Of a stretch of DNA of 64,000 nucleotides, positions 1-13,754 are shown piece after piece (positions within the stretch are counted from its first letter, which is position 1; each line of letters opens with the position of its first letter). The position numbers and the translations under genes are program-made. Origin of the DNA: Epiperipatus broadwayi (lineage: Eukaryota > Animalia > Onychophora). Where the stretch lies: assembly GCA_028023455.1 (NCBI GenBank), contig JAQFVV010000005.1, positions 21,886,001 to 21,950,000 on the forward strand. The letters are read 5' to 3'. The notes beneath the pieces are model-generated. The model was not told the origin of the DNA, ran no database searches, and saw only the letters and a program-made list of their open reading frames with translations.

Positions 1-150
1 TAATTTTGCAGAACCTTGGACAGCAGTTCATTCCATAAAATTGATTGCTGTGACCAACACTGTAATATAGAGATACCAATTTTTCATTTTTTGTAAACAT
101 GTATTCATTTATAATTATGTAATAATTAAAACAGTAAATATCTTCTCTAG

Positions 151-340
151 ATACGCAAGGATGGGGTGTCAGTCCCCGCGGGGCAGGTTATTTATTTGGA
201 AGTGACGTTGTTGCTCAGTTTAATGCTGCCAATGAAATAGATATGATTTGTCGAGCTCACCAGCTAGTTATGGAAGGTTATAAATGGCACTTTAATGAAA
301 CTGTTTTAACCGTATGGTCCGCACCAAATTATTGTTACAG
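151..340 (+). CDS. PPP4C: Protein phosphatase 4 catalytic subunit, internal coding exon (gene starts upstream of the window)
   Basis: AG acceptor at 149-150 and GTAAG donor at 341. Translates (D)[63 protein letters not shown], with the PPP-family RAHQ and SAPNY motifs, near-identical to PP4c as I recall it. Confidence 0.97.
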
Positions 341-3300
341 GTAAGTTTATTTTTTAATATTCTTTGTGTGGGTGATTTGAATATAAATTTTTTTTTGAAA
401 AATCTAGATTCAAACTAAAATCTCATAATAAATGACTGTTTGTAGTTCATCTACTGATTTCATAAAATAAGATCTGTTTTATGTGAATTAAGTTTGCAAA
501 ATTTGTTTCATATTTTTCAGTTAGAAATAAGAGTGGTCGTTTATATTTTAATTTGAAATCTACTTGGGTAATTTTAGTTAAAGAAAAATTCAGTCCTCTT
601 TTTGAATTTGTAAGTATTTTTTGATAATTCTGTCTCCTTCTCTAATTTGATTGTTCTTTATCTTTCTGGAATTTTTGGGATATTATACAGAATAAATTTA
701 CAAAAATAAAAAAAATTAAATCAGTTCTGAAATTAAAATCTTTTGAGTCTATACATGTGTAAAAAAAATTTAAATATTTCTGGAATTAATTAAAAAAAGG
801 AACTATTCCCAAAACTAATTAAAATATTACAAAAAGTACTCTAAACCACTTAAGAAGAAAACTGGAATAATATTCCAATATTCAGTTATATTCTAGATTA
901 CAGTGGATGAAGCCAACTATAAAAAGAAATAACATGAGAAAAACATGTTTTTTTGGTTGCTGGAATTCAGCAGAAATAGTATTAATGGTAGTAGTGACTC
1001 ATGAGATCTGTCCCTGAGGCTAACAAATTAGGAAACAATGACAGATCTCATTGGTCTTATTGTTTTAATAAGCCTTCATGGTGACATATTAATATAAAGT
1101 TTTATAATATTAATTGGTGTAGTTAAATGAACTTAACTACAATTGTTAAAATTTGTGGTGGGTATATAAACATATGTTTTGTAATTTGGACAGTATTGGA
1201 GATCATATTATTAAATATAAATATATTATTAAAAGTAATTGTGCTCAGTATCTTTTTTATTTGAGTTTGTCTATTTATATTATTTATTCACTTCATATAT
1301 ATTAAACTAATTTCACTCATGAACATTTTAGATTGATAAATAAAATTTGTCTAGACTTGAGCTATTAGTACTTTCTTAACATTTCAGAAGTTGCGGTCAA
1401 AAAAAATTAGGCATAAGTTGCATGTAAACAAGAGATAAGTTCATTATTAGTATATGTTAAAATATGAAAAAAAGAAAGATGTAAATTTGCATATATTATA
1501 TTTATATAATAAAATATTTGATTTTTTATTTATTTTCAATTGCAGTTTAGAAATTATCAAAATAGAAATAAAAACATGTAGAAAATAAAATTGTTTATTT
1601 TCAAATAACAGAAACATAAAAATTGCTTTAAAAAAAAAAAATGCAACTAAAAAAAATGTCTTTAACATTAATTAATCAAAATCTTCAATAACTGGTTTTT
1701 CAAAACATTTGTAGTAGTCATCACAAACAATATTTTGATAAGCAGCTCATTTTAAATGTGTAGAAATTTCACACATCCGTACAAAAGTTTTATAACCAAA
1801 CCGGGTTAAATATTATGGTTTAACATTAGTCACATATAAACATGCAGTTAGTTATGACTTTAATTTGTGCTCCCAATATATGTAACAGTTTTAAAAAAAG
1901 AGTTTGTATCTCTCAGATTAGCTGCAATGTCTGCAGGATTAAATAAGAAAATCGATGGCAATAATTCATACTGTCTATTGTATAAACTTTAGTTCAACAA
2001 ATTGTGGCTCGCAGACAAAGTGTGCTCTTTGATTTTAATTTTGTGCTTATCATGATAAACATTAACTTGTTTTTTATTTCTTTTTGTAATTTGTAAATAC
2101 AGTAAATATTTTGATGACTCTGGGAGAGGAAAAATAGAATTCCGCCTTATTGTAGAATAGTAATTATTATATATGATGAATATTTAAATATTAAAAATTT
2201 GTGAACAAATCAAACTGTTAAAAGTAATTTTTAGTTTTTCTTCATTTATTTTTAAGAGAATTTTTATTTTGTTAGGATGTATACAGATTCTATTATGTTC
2301 TATAAGTAAAATAAATATTCAAATATATCCACAGCCATTCAAAATATGTATTGTTTAGGAACATAATTTTCATCTCTTTTCTTGCAGCTCTTTGGGGGGA
2401 GGGGGTATCTCTTTCCTTGCTTTCTTGTGGCTCTTTAAGGGAGATTTAAACAAAATAACTCATTGTATTAAAAATTTTGCCTACCCCTGGTATAGACGAA
2501 TTTGTATGATTAGGACATACTTGAACACCATCTTAGTAGGATGTGAAAGAACTATAGACCATTTTAAATAACTCAATGACTTGGCTTCATGGTATATTAT
2601 CAGGCACAATGCTTAATGTTTATATTTTTTTGCTGAGTAACAACATGTATTTTTTTTATTTATAAATCAACTGGAACAGCAACATCTATTTGTGCACATA
2701 TAACAGAATAATTGATGTCCTAACTGGTAGTCAACAATTTTGCTATGTTTTTCATGAAATCTTATAAATTTCTGAATATTAATCTGTTAAACAGAAATAG
2801 GCAACATGGCGCTCACATATTCTATCTTGCCTGTGGAATATTTTTTAAAATGTCCACTGCTAACTGCCAACATGGTAATTCGCATTACAATATTCACTCT
2901 ATTTAGGGCACATGTTCTTTCCATTGTACGGTTGCAGTTCTAGTGATATAATTGCATATCAGCATTACTTAATCTGTAAAGCTTTTGATGCATTTAGAAT
3001 TAGAGCTTATGGAATTTGATTAATGAAAATAATTGTATTCTTTACTGAGAAAATGTACTCAAAAAACACATTTTTATTGTGCTTTGATGTTTTTGTAAAT
3101 TATTTTTTCCAAATATGAAATACTTAAAAAGTCTAGATACTGAACAAGATGTTCTGATTGTCATTTTAGGCCATTGGTTTTAATAACTTAGTCTAAGTTC
3201 TGCCATGGAAAGGGTCATTTTAGTGGGATTTTTTTACGTAAACAATTACAAAAGTCAGTAACTAAATTTAAATATTTCAAGAAATTAAGTTTTTTAAATA

Positions 3301-5611
3301 TAATTTTGAATTAATAAATTAATTGAAATAAATACGTCTTGGTTATAACCAGAATTCAGTTACCTAAAATTAAACGCCCTTTATTGTAAATCTACTTCAT
3401 TTTAAATAAAAGTTGTTGACTCTTGTGCTATGCTATACTATCATGTAAAATTTATAGGAGATGATTTTTTTACTATGGCCAACTTCTTGTGAGGTTATAC
3501 CAAGTATAATATCATCTGACTATTCATTACAAATCTTAATTTATAAAGCATAAGTAATAATGTGGCTGAAATTGCTATTAAGTTCAGAAGTATTTAAGAA
3601 GACTACATTGATATGTGGTGATTGTCAACTGCCAATTCTACATTTTGTACGGATTATTTTATTCTTATGTTAGAACTGATAATATTTGGAATGTCTCACA
3701 TTTCTTTTTCATGATAATCGAGTGTTATTATTTGCCATAGTATTATGTTGTCTAGTTAATTCATCAGCCTTTGGACAGAAACCTTACAAACATTCATTAT
3801 TAAAAAACAAAAATAAGCTTTCCACTATTGAATTATTAAGCATAAAAAAGCTTTGATGACAGCTGACAAAAGAATTTGTCTACCAATAATGCTTGTCCTG
3901 TTAAATACAGCATTGACTGCAGTTATTGCAATGTATAATCTGTAGTAGTGTCAAATTTTACCCGCGTCTCTAATAGTATTTATATAACATTTGTTTTAGT
4001 ATCACGTTATCTTTATTCTGGGCTCACTTGATGAGGAATTAAGTTTTACTCTCTCAAAATATCCAACATTATTTCCATTATTTATTAGTGTGATTCTGTG
4101 AAGTAATATTTGTGATTAAGTGAAGCGGTACGGTTGAATCTATTACATTGACTGAGACAAATTCTGATGCGCTTAAACTTTGTCAAAGCGTCATGATTCT
4201 ACACTTTACATTTATGTTTACATTGATAACAGATTTCAAGTCTATAACTCTACCCCAGGGTCATCTATTGTAAGCATAACCAATACCAAATTCTCAGACT
4301 AATTCTAACTGTTCGCCTTCATCAATTTAAGGAGTATTGGATTGCGCACTACATTCGGCTGAAATCTTGTTTTTTCTATATTAACCAAACTTGAAAATTT
4401 CAAATATTCCAAAGTTTTGAATCCAAGCTGGCCTTTGTCTGATTTAGGATAACTGGGATTTAAAGGTATTTGGATTTTATCAGTTATTAACTTGGTTTAT
4501 ATATATGTCATCTGGTTGTGAATGTGTAATTCAGCGCTCTTCACTGATGAAGATCAATAACCAGAAAATAATCTCAAGGATTGGTTGGTGCTATCATCTG
4601 GTATTTATTAATCAATCATGCTTACCATAAATGGCTCTAGAGTAGAAGGATAGAATGAGTTATCTTTTTGCCAAAATACTAAATTTAAATGTCACTTATG
4701 AAACTGCAAAATGATTCATAAGTGAGGATTATTTCTTATAGGAACTGCTTGCTTGTTTAAAAAAAAATATCTTTATAAATTTTTCAACTCTTTAAGACAA
4801 ATATTTGTTTAACTTTAAATTAATGATCAATCTTAAGTAAGCAATATACTGTAATGAAATAGGAAATCGATCAGATTCATGTGTTTAAATCTCCATCTCA
4901 TCTGATAATTGGAGAGATTCTTTGGGTGTCTTTTTACTGGGCGAATAACTTATGAAATTGATGAAATGCAAATCAGGTCTGTGAATTGATTATATTTATT
5001 TACATACTAAAATTTGGAGCTCGTCAGTTGTTGGCATTGTGTATTAAGTAGTTGCTCTGGAAATTGAGAAACTTTGAGGACCAATGTAAAGTTTAGGTCA
5101 TAGTTTTATTTACTCAGCAGCATAATTTTTTTTCACTCAATCAAAAATCTTTAATTTTGCGAGTTACGGTTTATGTTTAATCTAATTGCATTCTTGGTTT
5201 TGTAACGAGACGATCACTTATTATTGTTTTCTATTATTTTTTTATCTTCTCACAAAACATGTAAAACATAAGTTTCAAACTTCTAATTAAATTCAGAAGT
5301 GTGGATTGCCATATTATTGGTTTGTTTATGTATATGTGTAGTGTTGTTTGTTTGGATATGGTGGCCTTTGATTTTATTCATATATATGTTTTATGCTGTT
5401 CTAGTGTCTAGCTATATAATCATAAATTTAATCAAGGCTTACATTGTTAATATAATGAAAATAGAGGTCACCACTGTCAAATGCAGGAAAAATTGTTGGT
5501 AGAATCATGTTGTGCTTAATTTGATATATATGCACCACAAATAAATTCGTTTTTATTAAATGTATTTAATAAATTAATTTTTAACATGCTTTTTTTTTAA
5601 TTTGATTTCAG

Positions 5612-5690
5612 ATGTGGAAATGTAGCCGCTATTTTAGAATTAGACGAGCATCTTCAAAGAGATTTTACGATTTTTGAAGCTGCTCCACAG
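5612..5690 (+). CDS. PPP4C: PP4 catalytic subunit, penultimate coding exon
   Basis: tttcag acceptor and GTAAG donor at 5691. Phase fits the previous exon (AG|A = Arg). Encodes [26 protein letters not shown]. Confidence 0.97.
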
Positions 5691-6439
5691 GTAAGTCATA
5701 AATTACTTGTAAATGTTAACAAAAATTTTACACACTGTATTCTCAATGCATTGCAGCTCGTCCAATATTTTGGACTTCAAATTGTCTTGGCTCTTTGTAA
5801 ATCATGAAGCAGTGAAGTTAATAAAATCAAACAAAATTATAATTGTTTTTTTATTTTGCAAAATAAAAATAATAAACTGAAGAGACAGCAGCCATCTCAT
5901 CCCAGAACACTTTCTCATGACTTTTGAATTTCTTATTCAGTTATTCTACTTTACATAATTATTCCTTCCTTTAACTTATTTGTTATTTATTATATTTTTT
6001 TAAGTATAATTCTCTCCAATATGTTCATTTCTCGTTTTTTAATTTAAAAGTGTTTTTTCCTTTAATTTTGTCTTATAATACTTTTATATTCCTAATTCTT
6101 ATCTGCTCACCATTTTTTTTTTCTCATTCCTTTTGCATTGACATTTTAAAAACTTATTTTCTTCTATCATAAATGCAATACTATTGTAAATATTATTCTT
6201 CAGGTATACATTGTGCTTTTTAAACCAAAAAAAAAATGCCATGTGACCATCGCTTATATGCTTTTCAAGAGCAATTCTGTTCATTCTACTTTCATTAAAC
6301 TGGATTAATCAATAGGCAGATTAATGAATGCAATCAGAGTAGTTTCTGGTCCAGGTGCACTTGCACCATTACCTAATATCTATTAATTTTTAATAGATGG
6401 CAGCACTGAAATGATGGTAATATTAAATTTTAAAGACAT

Positions 6440-8705
6440 TCAATTGAATGAGGCAGAGAAGAAATTGAAAACTGGAAAGGCAAAAGGTTTAGATGGATGG
6501 ACTGGAAAATAGGGCAAAATTAAATCTATTATCATGTTTTAATAAGATGGCACAGAAGACAAAATTTCCACATAACTGGAATAATATGAATACGGCTATT
6601 ATTTAAAGGAAAGGGTAAGGACCATAGAAAGATATACAGTTATATACCGATAATGGTAATGTCAATGTTATATAGTTTTTGCATATATGGTTGCTGAAAG
6701 GGTGGCAAAATGGATGGAAGAAAATAATATAGCAGGAGAAATGCAAGGAGATTTTAGAACATAAGAGCATATAGAAGATAGTTTATTTGTATTCACACAA
6801 TTTATAGATATGAATAGGAATACAGGTAGACAGTTATATGTGGTCTTTATAGATATAGAGAAAGTATATGATAGAGTAAATAGAAATAGATTACAGGTAA
6901 GTTTAATAAATTTGGGAATAAATGAAGCTTTGGTGGATCTTATTAAGAGATTATATGAAAATAATTACTATATGTATCAATTAGGAAATATAGAATCAGT
7001 TAGAGTTAAAAATAAGGTGGGACTAAGGCAAGGATGCTCTATGTCACCTATTCTATTTTTGTTATACTTGAAAGAAATGGGGAAAGTAATAGAAAAACTA
7101 GGAAGAGGGGTAGAGATATCATTAATAGATGGCAAGGGAGGTTGTATATTATCAGGTCTTTATTTTCTAATGATATCTTCTTGTGCACAGAAAGTAGAGA
7201 AGATGTGGAAGTTATGCTGAAGATGTGTGCAAGGGTGGATAAAAAGATGGGGATTAAATTTAGTGAAGAAAAAAATAAAAAGTAATGATGATAAATACTG
7301 GGGAAAGGGGAGAGAAAGAATTTTATTGGGATATAAAGCTAACTGTGGTGAATTAGTAGAACTATTTGAAAATCTTCTTAAGTAATAAGAGAAATTGCTT
7401 GGGTGAATTGGAGGAAATTGATAAATGAAGCAAAGAAAAGAAAGAATTGATAAAGAAATTAACAGTGTTTTCATATAATAAATAAGATATAGCAAGAATT
7501 GTATGGGAGTGGCAGTAGCAGGGTTAACTTATGGTAATGATGGGTTAGTAAAGATTACTTAGGAAAAGTACAATGGGAAGTAGGAAGACATGCATTAGAT
7601 ACAGATATGTGGATGGCAAAGGAGGCAATTCAAGGAGAAATGGGATAGTCAAGTTTTTATATGAGAGATGCAAAAAGCAAAATAAAATGTTTGATAGATT
7701 GCAATTTATGGATAGTAAGAGAATACAAAATAGTATTTAATTGGATTATGAATAAAGTATAGGCAACAAGATAGGTGAGAAAGGTAGTACAGTATGCAGA
7801 AGATTTGGATAAAGACTTTGTCAGTATATTTGTATGTACAAAAGATGGTACGATTGTGTTAGGAGGATTGTTGAGTGTTATGGTGGATGGGATAGAAGAA
7901 TAGATGCATTAATAAAAATAGCGAGTTGGAGAGATGAAGAACTAGTGTGGATAGTAAAAAGAGTTTAAATATATATAGAAATAAACAGAATATTGAGTGT
8001 GAGTAATTTACGACAATAGCAGGAAAGTAGTTTATTGTTTAAGGGTCGAACAGGATCATTAGCAACGAGGGAATATACACATAAATGGAGAAATGTGGGT
8101 GATTTAATCTGCAAGTTATGTAAAAGATACATTAATAAAAATAGAGAGTTGGAGAGATGAAGAACTAGTGTGGACAGTAAAAAGAGTTTAAATATATGTA
8201 GAAATAAACAGAATATTGAGTGTGAGTTAATTTACGACAATAGCAGGAAAGTAGTTTATTGTTTAAGGGTCAAACAAGATCATTAGCAACAAGGGAATAT
8301 ACACATACATAGAAATGTGGGTGGTTTAGTCTGAAAGTTATGTAAAGAAGGCATAGAAAATATTAGGCATCTGTTAATTGAGTATAAATGCTTACAGGTA
8401 GAAATGGTACAAATAATAAAGTTGTGGGGAATAAATATAAACAAAGTGATTATACAGAAAATGGGTTCTTGGTTTATATGTTGGGTTTGGAGAAAGATAA
8501 GGGAGATTTAGATATAAAGGTCATAGAATGGACAAAGTTGATCTTGTGGAAATGGGATGGAACAGGATAGAGAAAAATATGGGAAAAACTTAGAGTGGGG
8601 AATGGAAAGGGAAGATGATAAGGTGGCTAACAGGTTTCTCTGAGCAAAGTGGCTGAGAGATCCCTGATTTCAATAAAGGAGAAGCCACAGTGCATCACGT
8701 CACAT
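6440..8705 (+). mobile_element. Decayed 5'-truncated LINE (RT plus C-terminal zinc-knuckle region) in a PP4 intron
   Basis: FIDIEKVYDRV and GLRQGCSMSPILF RT motifs (ORF 6810-7220), many stops and frameshifts. Homologous pieces at 33557-33780 and 34412-35630 end in the same cacaatgcatca-like tail. Confidence 0.9.
7907..8350 (+). repeat. Tandem duplication of about 223 bp inside the LINE
   Basis: cattaataaaaatag...gagttggagagatgaagaactagtgtgg starts at 7907 and again at 8130 with high identity. Confidence 0.9.
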
Positions 8706-9962
8706 GAGAATATTCCTGTCTATTCACCTTTTACAATTAGTCTATTGCATTTGAAAACATTACCTACAATAATTTTTTATCATAAACTTAAAGTACAATT
8801 ATAATGTGAATTGATTACTCCAATCAAATAGACTTTGAATCTCAATATTAGATTTTGAGTAGTAGTGCCCTGTTTATTTTCATTGTTTATAATTAATATT
8901 TGTGCATATGTGTAACTTATACAGATTATGTAGTGAATGAGAGGGGAGGGTCCATTATAAAACCAGTTATTAATCTCAGAATGTAAAATGTAAGTTCATT
9001 GCTTCAAAGAGGCTATGTTTTGAAAGGAATATTAACTTTTTTTAATTAGCTGCTGTATATTTGCACATTTATATCTCATGTTTATATAGGTACAATACAC
9101 ATGTCAAAAATATTTTGTTTATTTGATACCAAAATAATTCAGTGTCCAGTTTGCTACTCAGAGTCACAATATCAAAAATTAATTATATATAACAGCTAAT
9201 TTTTTTTCATATAAATTATATTTATACACTTATTCCAAATTTATTTTTTTATACCACCATAACATTATTTGATTTTTTTGTTTACACAATGTAATACAAA
9301 TAAGTAGTTACTCCAGAGAGATTATTGTTGGCATACACATTCTTGTCAGAAAATAGATGCCTTGGGTGAAAAAAAAAAAAGTAGATTACTAACTATAATT
9401 ATAGAAGCAAATTGGCTTGGGTTCATAATCTTAGTATTTTATTTCCATTTTAGTCTTTTAACTTAATAATAGGCAAGAAGTTAAAGGTAATTATCAAATG
9501 TATAACTACATTGTTTTCAGCTTTGAATCTTCTATCCTCATTGATAAAAGCAAAGACCAGAAACTAATTTGGAGGCAGGAATTAAAATGCACTCATTACT
9601 TAAGGTTTCTATAGATGACATGAGAATAGGAAGCGACTCCTGTTTATTTCTTCGTCAAACAAATATAATGCATTAAAATAGTAACTATATACACTTCAAG
9701 CACATATTTATAATGACTGGCAAATTCAATTATAGTGAATGCTTTCCTGATTATATATTTGTAAAATAAAATTTCAGATTTAAACTTAGCATCACATATC
9801 ATAGATATGCTATCATTGTATCACAAAGCCTTTCCATATATATATGTATACTCAAACAAAAATTAGTGTTGGACTAATGTCATTTTATCTTTTACTTTTA
9901 ATATTGTGTTCATAAACATTTGTTTATTTATTTATTTATACATTTGTTTTTGTTTTTTTTAG

Positions 9963-10013
9963 GAAACGAGAGGTATTCCTTCAAAGAAACCTCAGGCTGA
10001 TTATTTCTTGTGA
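9963..10013 (+). CDS. PPP4C: PP4 catalytic subunit, terminal coding exon
   Basis: Polypyrimidine tract with AG at 9961-9962. Encodes ETRGIPSKKPQADYFL then TGA. The ADYFL C-terminus is PP4-type (PP2A ends TPDYFL). Confidence 0.96.
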   Translation, partial: ETRGIPSKKPQADYFL

Positions 10014-10412
10014 TATTTTTACAGTATTTTTTTATATTTCTGTGATTCAGTGGTGACAGCCATTTCCCAATGGAACTTTGTATATCCATTTGTAAAATCT
10101 TCGCATTTGAGTAAAAAGCCAACGATCACATTTTCCATGCAGATTTAGATTTTAATTCAAAGAAGAAAAAAAAAACTGAAGGTTTCCTGACTAAAATAGC
10201 AAAGCTGAAAGATAAACAGATGATAGATGTATAATAAAGTGCATGATATTAATTTATTTACGAAACCAAGATGAACTGTAACGCAAAAGATCCATCTTCC
10301 ACACTATTTCAAAGTTGCAAAATTGTTGAAGGCTTGGAATGTTCTATTATTGCTTGTTATTATTCACAGATAACCCTCCATTGTCTTTTCACCATTTTTT
10401 TAACAATTGTAC

Positions 10413-10439
10413 TTTTTTTTTTTTTTTTTTTTTTTTTTT
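10413..10439 (+). repeat. Poly-T tract (27 nt) in the presumed PP4 3' UTR
   Basis: Direct reading. Confidence 0.9.
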
Positions 10440-13400
10440 GCAGCTTCGTAGAATTTGTTTCTCCTCAAGTCAGACTTCATTTTTTAATACATTTATTCAG
10501 GACCAACAACTTAGAGGAACTAAGTAATTTACACCAGAAAAAAAAATATACGAATTTTACCTCTTCTATATCTTTTTATTTATTAAATCCTATGCGATCA
10601 TAATTGAAGTTGTCACCTTTTTTATTTGTGTTTATTTGCATTGTCATTAGTGAGATAATCACCTCTTCCATCCCACCTGAAAATCTATTCTTGGGAAGAT
10701 TTTTTTTTTTAATATTTTATACGTTAAACAAAGTTTTATTTGTCAAATTTCAAATAAGTTGTATCTTTTTTGATTTCAGATTTTCAATTCTATTGTTTTT
10801 TCTGTTATTTTGGACCTATTCAGCCATAAATCAAACTTTCTGCTGGTGATTTATATATTATATAATGTTATGAAACAATAGTGGAATTCTAGCATCATAA
10901 CTTTTAGCAGTTAAACATTCTTTGATTTGCTTGGTTGTTTATGTCAGAATCAAAAGTTTTACGTGTGTGTCTGTGAGAGAGGAAATTCATTATTTTGATA
11001 TAACTGTAATTTGAAATGCTAAGATTCCCGATGATAATCAAATGTTACCATTTAGTTATACCTTATTGTGTAATTACCACATCTGCCTTTAGATAGTGAA
11101 TTTTATATATGTATGTATGTGATTGATCAAGGATCCTGGGAAAAAATAGTAATGTGACAGTTTATCACGATCTATTAGCTCTTTATTTAACTAAGATGTT
11201 ATATGATAGCCAAATAATTTCTACTTATCCAGAATGTAATCGTATGTGTGATTGTTAATTGTAAAGAGCATCATGTTTCATAATTGTGTCTCTCACATTG
11301 TGAAATGAAATCAACAAAATATAAATAGAATTCAAATCTGTTTTGATTCATAGGTAGTGATGTTGGAATTTGATACATATGTTGAAGGGGTTTCTTATTT
11401 CTTTGAAATCAGACTTGTGAGGCTTGTTATAGTCATTCTTCTCAAATCAGAATTTTACTGTTATATATCTTGTATCATAGTCACATAATGAGCTAATAGA
11501 TGGCGCTTAAGTACACATTCTTAACATAAGCTTTGTAATGTATCAAATACATAATTGCCAATACGTAATAATAGATTTTTTTTTTATGATACTTGTTTTC
11601 TTTTTAGATATACATTTAGTTTGTGTGTATTGCAAAGATCTTATGTTCTCATTGATAGCAAATTAGCATAATCTTTTTTTTGTTTTTGCCTTTTATATAT
11701 ATATATAAGAATCATTTTAAAATCTTGTATATAGTTTTAAAATGCTGTTCTTTTTAAAACAAAAATAAAATTTCGCTGGCAGCAACTTCTTGTCGCAAAT
11801 CAGATTTGTGAATAATTTTATTTTAAAATGCAATTAACTTTTGATTATTTATTATAATTTTCCAGAGAGTTACATGACACTTTATTTTTAAAAAGTAACT
11901 GAATTTGAAAGTTATGAAGTGAAATTAGTCGATAAAATTTCTGAATAAATTTACAGGAATATAAAAGTTGTTAATTAAAACTAATAACGTTTAAATTATT
12001 AAAAATAATTTGTAATTATATGTTGGTTTAGAAAACTTCAAATTTCATAAATAATTTTTTAAATACATTCAAAACTTTAGTCGTAACACACAGGTTAGAA
12101 TTGAACAAGGCATTTTGAGCGGCATTTTTCTTCTGCCTTCTTCAAGATTGACTGATGATCTAGCACAGATTTTCGAATCCGTGATTATTGAATTTAAGAT
12201 GATATTCTAATCAACTAGGATTCACCAAGGCAACAATCAGATATTTTATATTCTTACTTATGGGAATTGACTTACGGGATTATTCGCCATTGTTGTTTAT
12301 GCAACTTTTTTTAATTTTTTTTTTTTTTTACTTTCTCCTCTTGCCAATATTTTTGTACATTTCTAATTGAACATATCTTTATTGATATATGCATGGTCTG
12401 CTATAATTAAATGTATTTGAAAAAGTATAAAGTTTGAATTTTTTTAAAAATGCATAACTGCAAATAAAATATCATTATCACAACTCTGCAGTAAAAATTA
12501 AAGAGTAAAGTTTTAAAAATTGGTTTTATACACAGACAACTTATTCAAAAAGCAGTTGCCTATAATTTATGTATATATGGTTTTTTTTTTTAACATCTGA
12601 TTGTTGTTATTAGAGACTTCTATCCTTGTTAAAAGAGATTGGACTGGAATAACTGCATTTTTCATCATTTTGTTGCCATAACTCCTGGAAATATACTATT
12701 GATTTTGGGATAGTAATCCAATGGCATGCCTGCCCTCTGCCCTATTAATGTTTTTTATTGATTATATTTTTTAATCTAGTATCCAGATTTTAATTTATGC
12801 ATACATCAAAGATATTCATAGTACTATATTTTATTGGTCTGAATTTGTGTATCTAATAGTGGCAATGACAATCATACTCAGAAGTTGATGAGGAGTATTC
12901 CAAATGATAAGTTTATGACAAAGGAAATCCTTATATTAATTTTTCTGGATAGTGAAATATATTGAATGCAATTAGTTGCCGTATTTTACATTTGTATATG
13001 TAAGAAAACATTAATACGATATCCACAACTGTGTTTTATCGGCTGACTTATAATCTGACAAAATTCCTGGTTCTTGAGCAGTAGTCTAAATAAACATCAA
13101 TTTAAATACTGCTTAGGTGTTTAGATTTAAAGTAGTTTATATGTGGAAAAAGTGATGCGCAAAAGTATGTTGAAATATATTAAAAGTATATTTTTGGAAT
13201 ATGCTTTCTTAATAAAAGAAAATGTTTTCATTGACTAAATTTCAGAATGTTTTATTATTCTGATATGAACTTAAAATTGTATTAGTGTGTATAAATTTCA
13301 AACATATCAAAACTTTACAGATTAAATTAAGCTAATTTATGACAAAATATACCAGAAAGAAAAACAATTGTCACTGCACCGAAAAGCAGTTGAGAGCAAT

Positions 13401-13520
13401 TGTCTTGAAAAAATTGATGGTTGTTATAGGAGCTATCACTTTGGCAATTAAAAATGAACTCTTTAAAAATACAAGCATCATATTGCCTAAACTAGCCATA
13501 ATAATTCTTAATTCTATAAT

Positions 13521-13754
13521 AAAGATTTTAAACTTCTCACTCTATAATTTAATATACAAATTAGAAAGCGTATGAAACACTTGAACGAGAAGCTATGACG
13601 ATTCCACAAATTATTATACACTTAGCGCTTTCGAGGCCATTTGCTTCATATATATATTGAGGCAAATGGCCTCGAAAGCGCTAAGCGTATTAATAATTTG
13701 TGGAATCGTCATAGCTTCTCGTTCAAGTGTTTCATATGCTTTCTAATTTGCATA
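13521..13754. mobile_element. Near-perfect palindromic insertion (about 105-bp arms) carrying the 3' half of a hammerhead motif
   Basis: Arms about 13548-13648 and 13658-13760 around a tatatatat axis. Contains GAGGC-AAATG-GCCTC-GAAA-GCGC-TA. Flanked by direct repeat ttaattctataat (13508-13520, 13755-13767). Confidence 0.85.

Noticed and set aside
4544-4570. CTGATGAAGATC...GAAA hammerhead-like string in a PP4 intron
   Set aside because: Helix II cannot close and there is no helix I partner. At best a remnant.
151-10013. PP2A or PP6 identity for the phosphatase
   Set aside because: The [17 protein letters not shown] and ...ADYFL sequences fit PP4, not PP2A (TPDYFL) or PP6.
12152-12185. CTGATGA...GAAT hammerhead-like string
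   Set aside because: No GAAA directly after the helix and no helix I. Compatible with chance.
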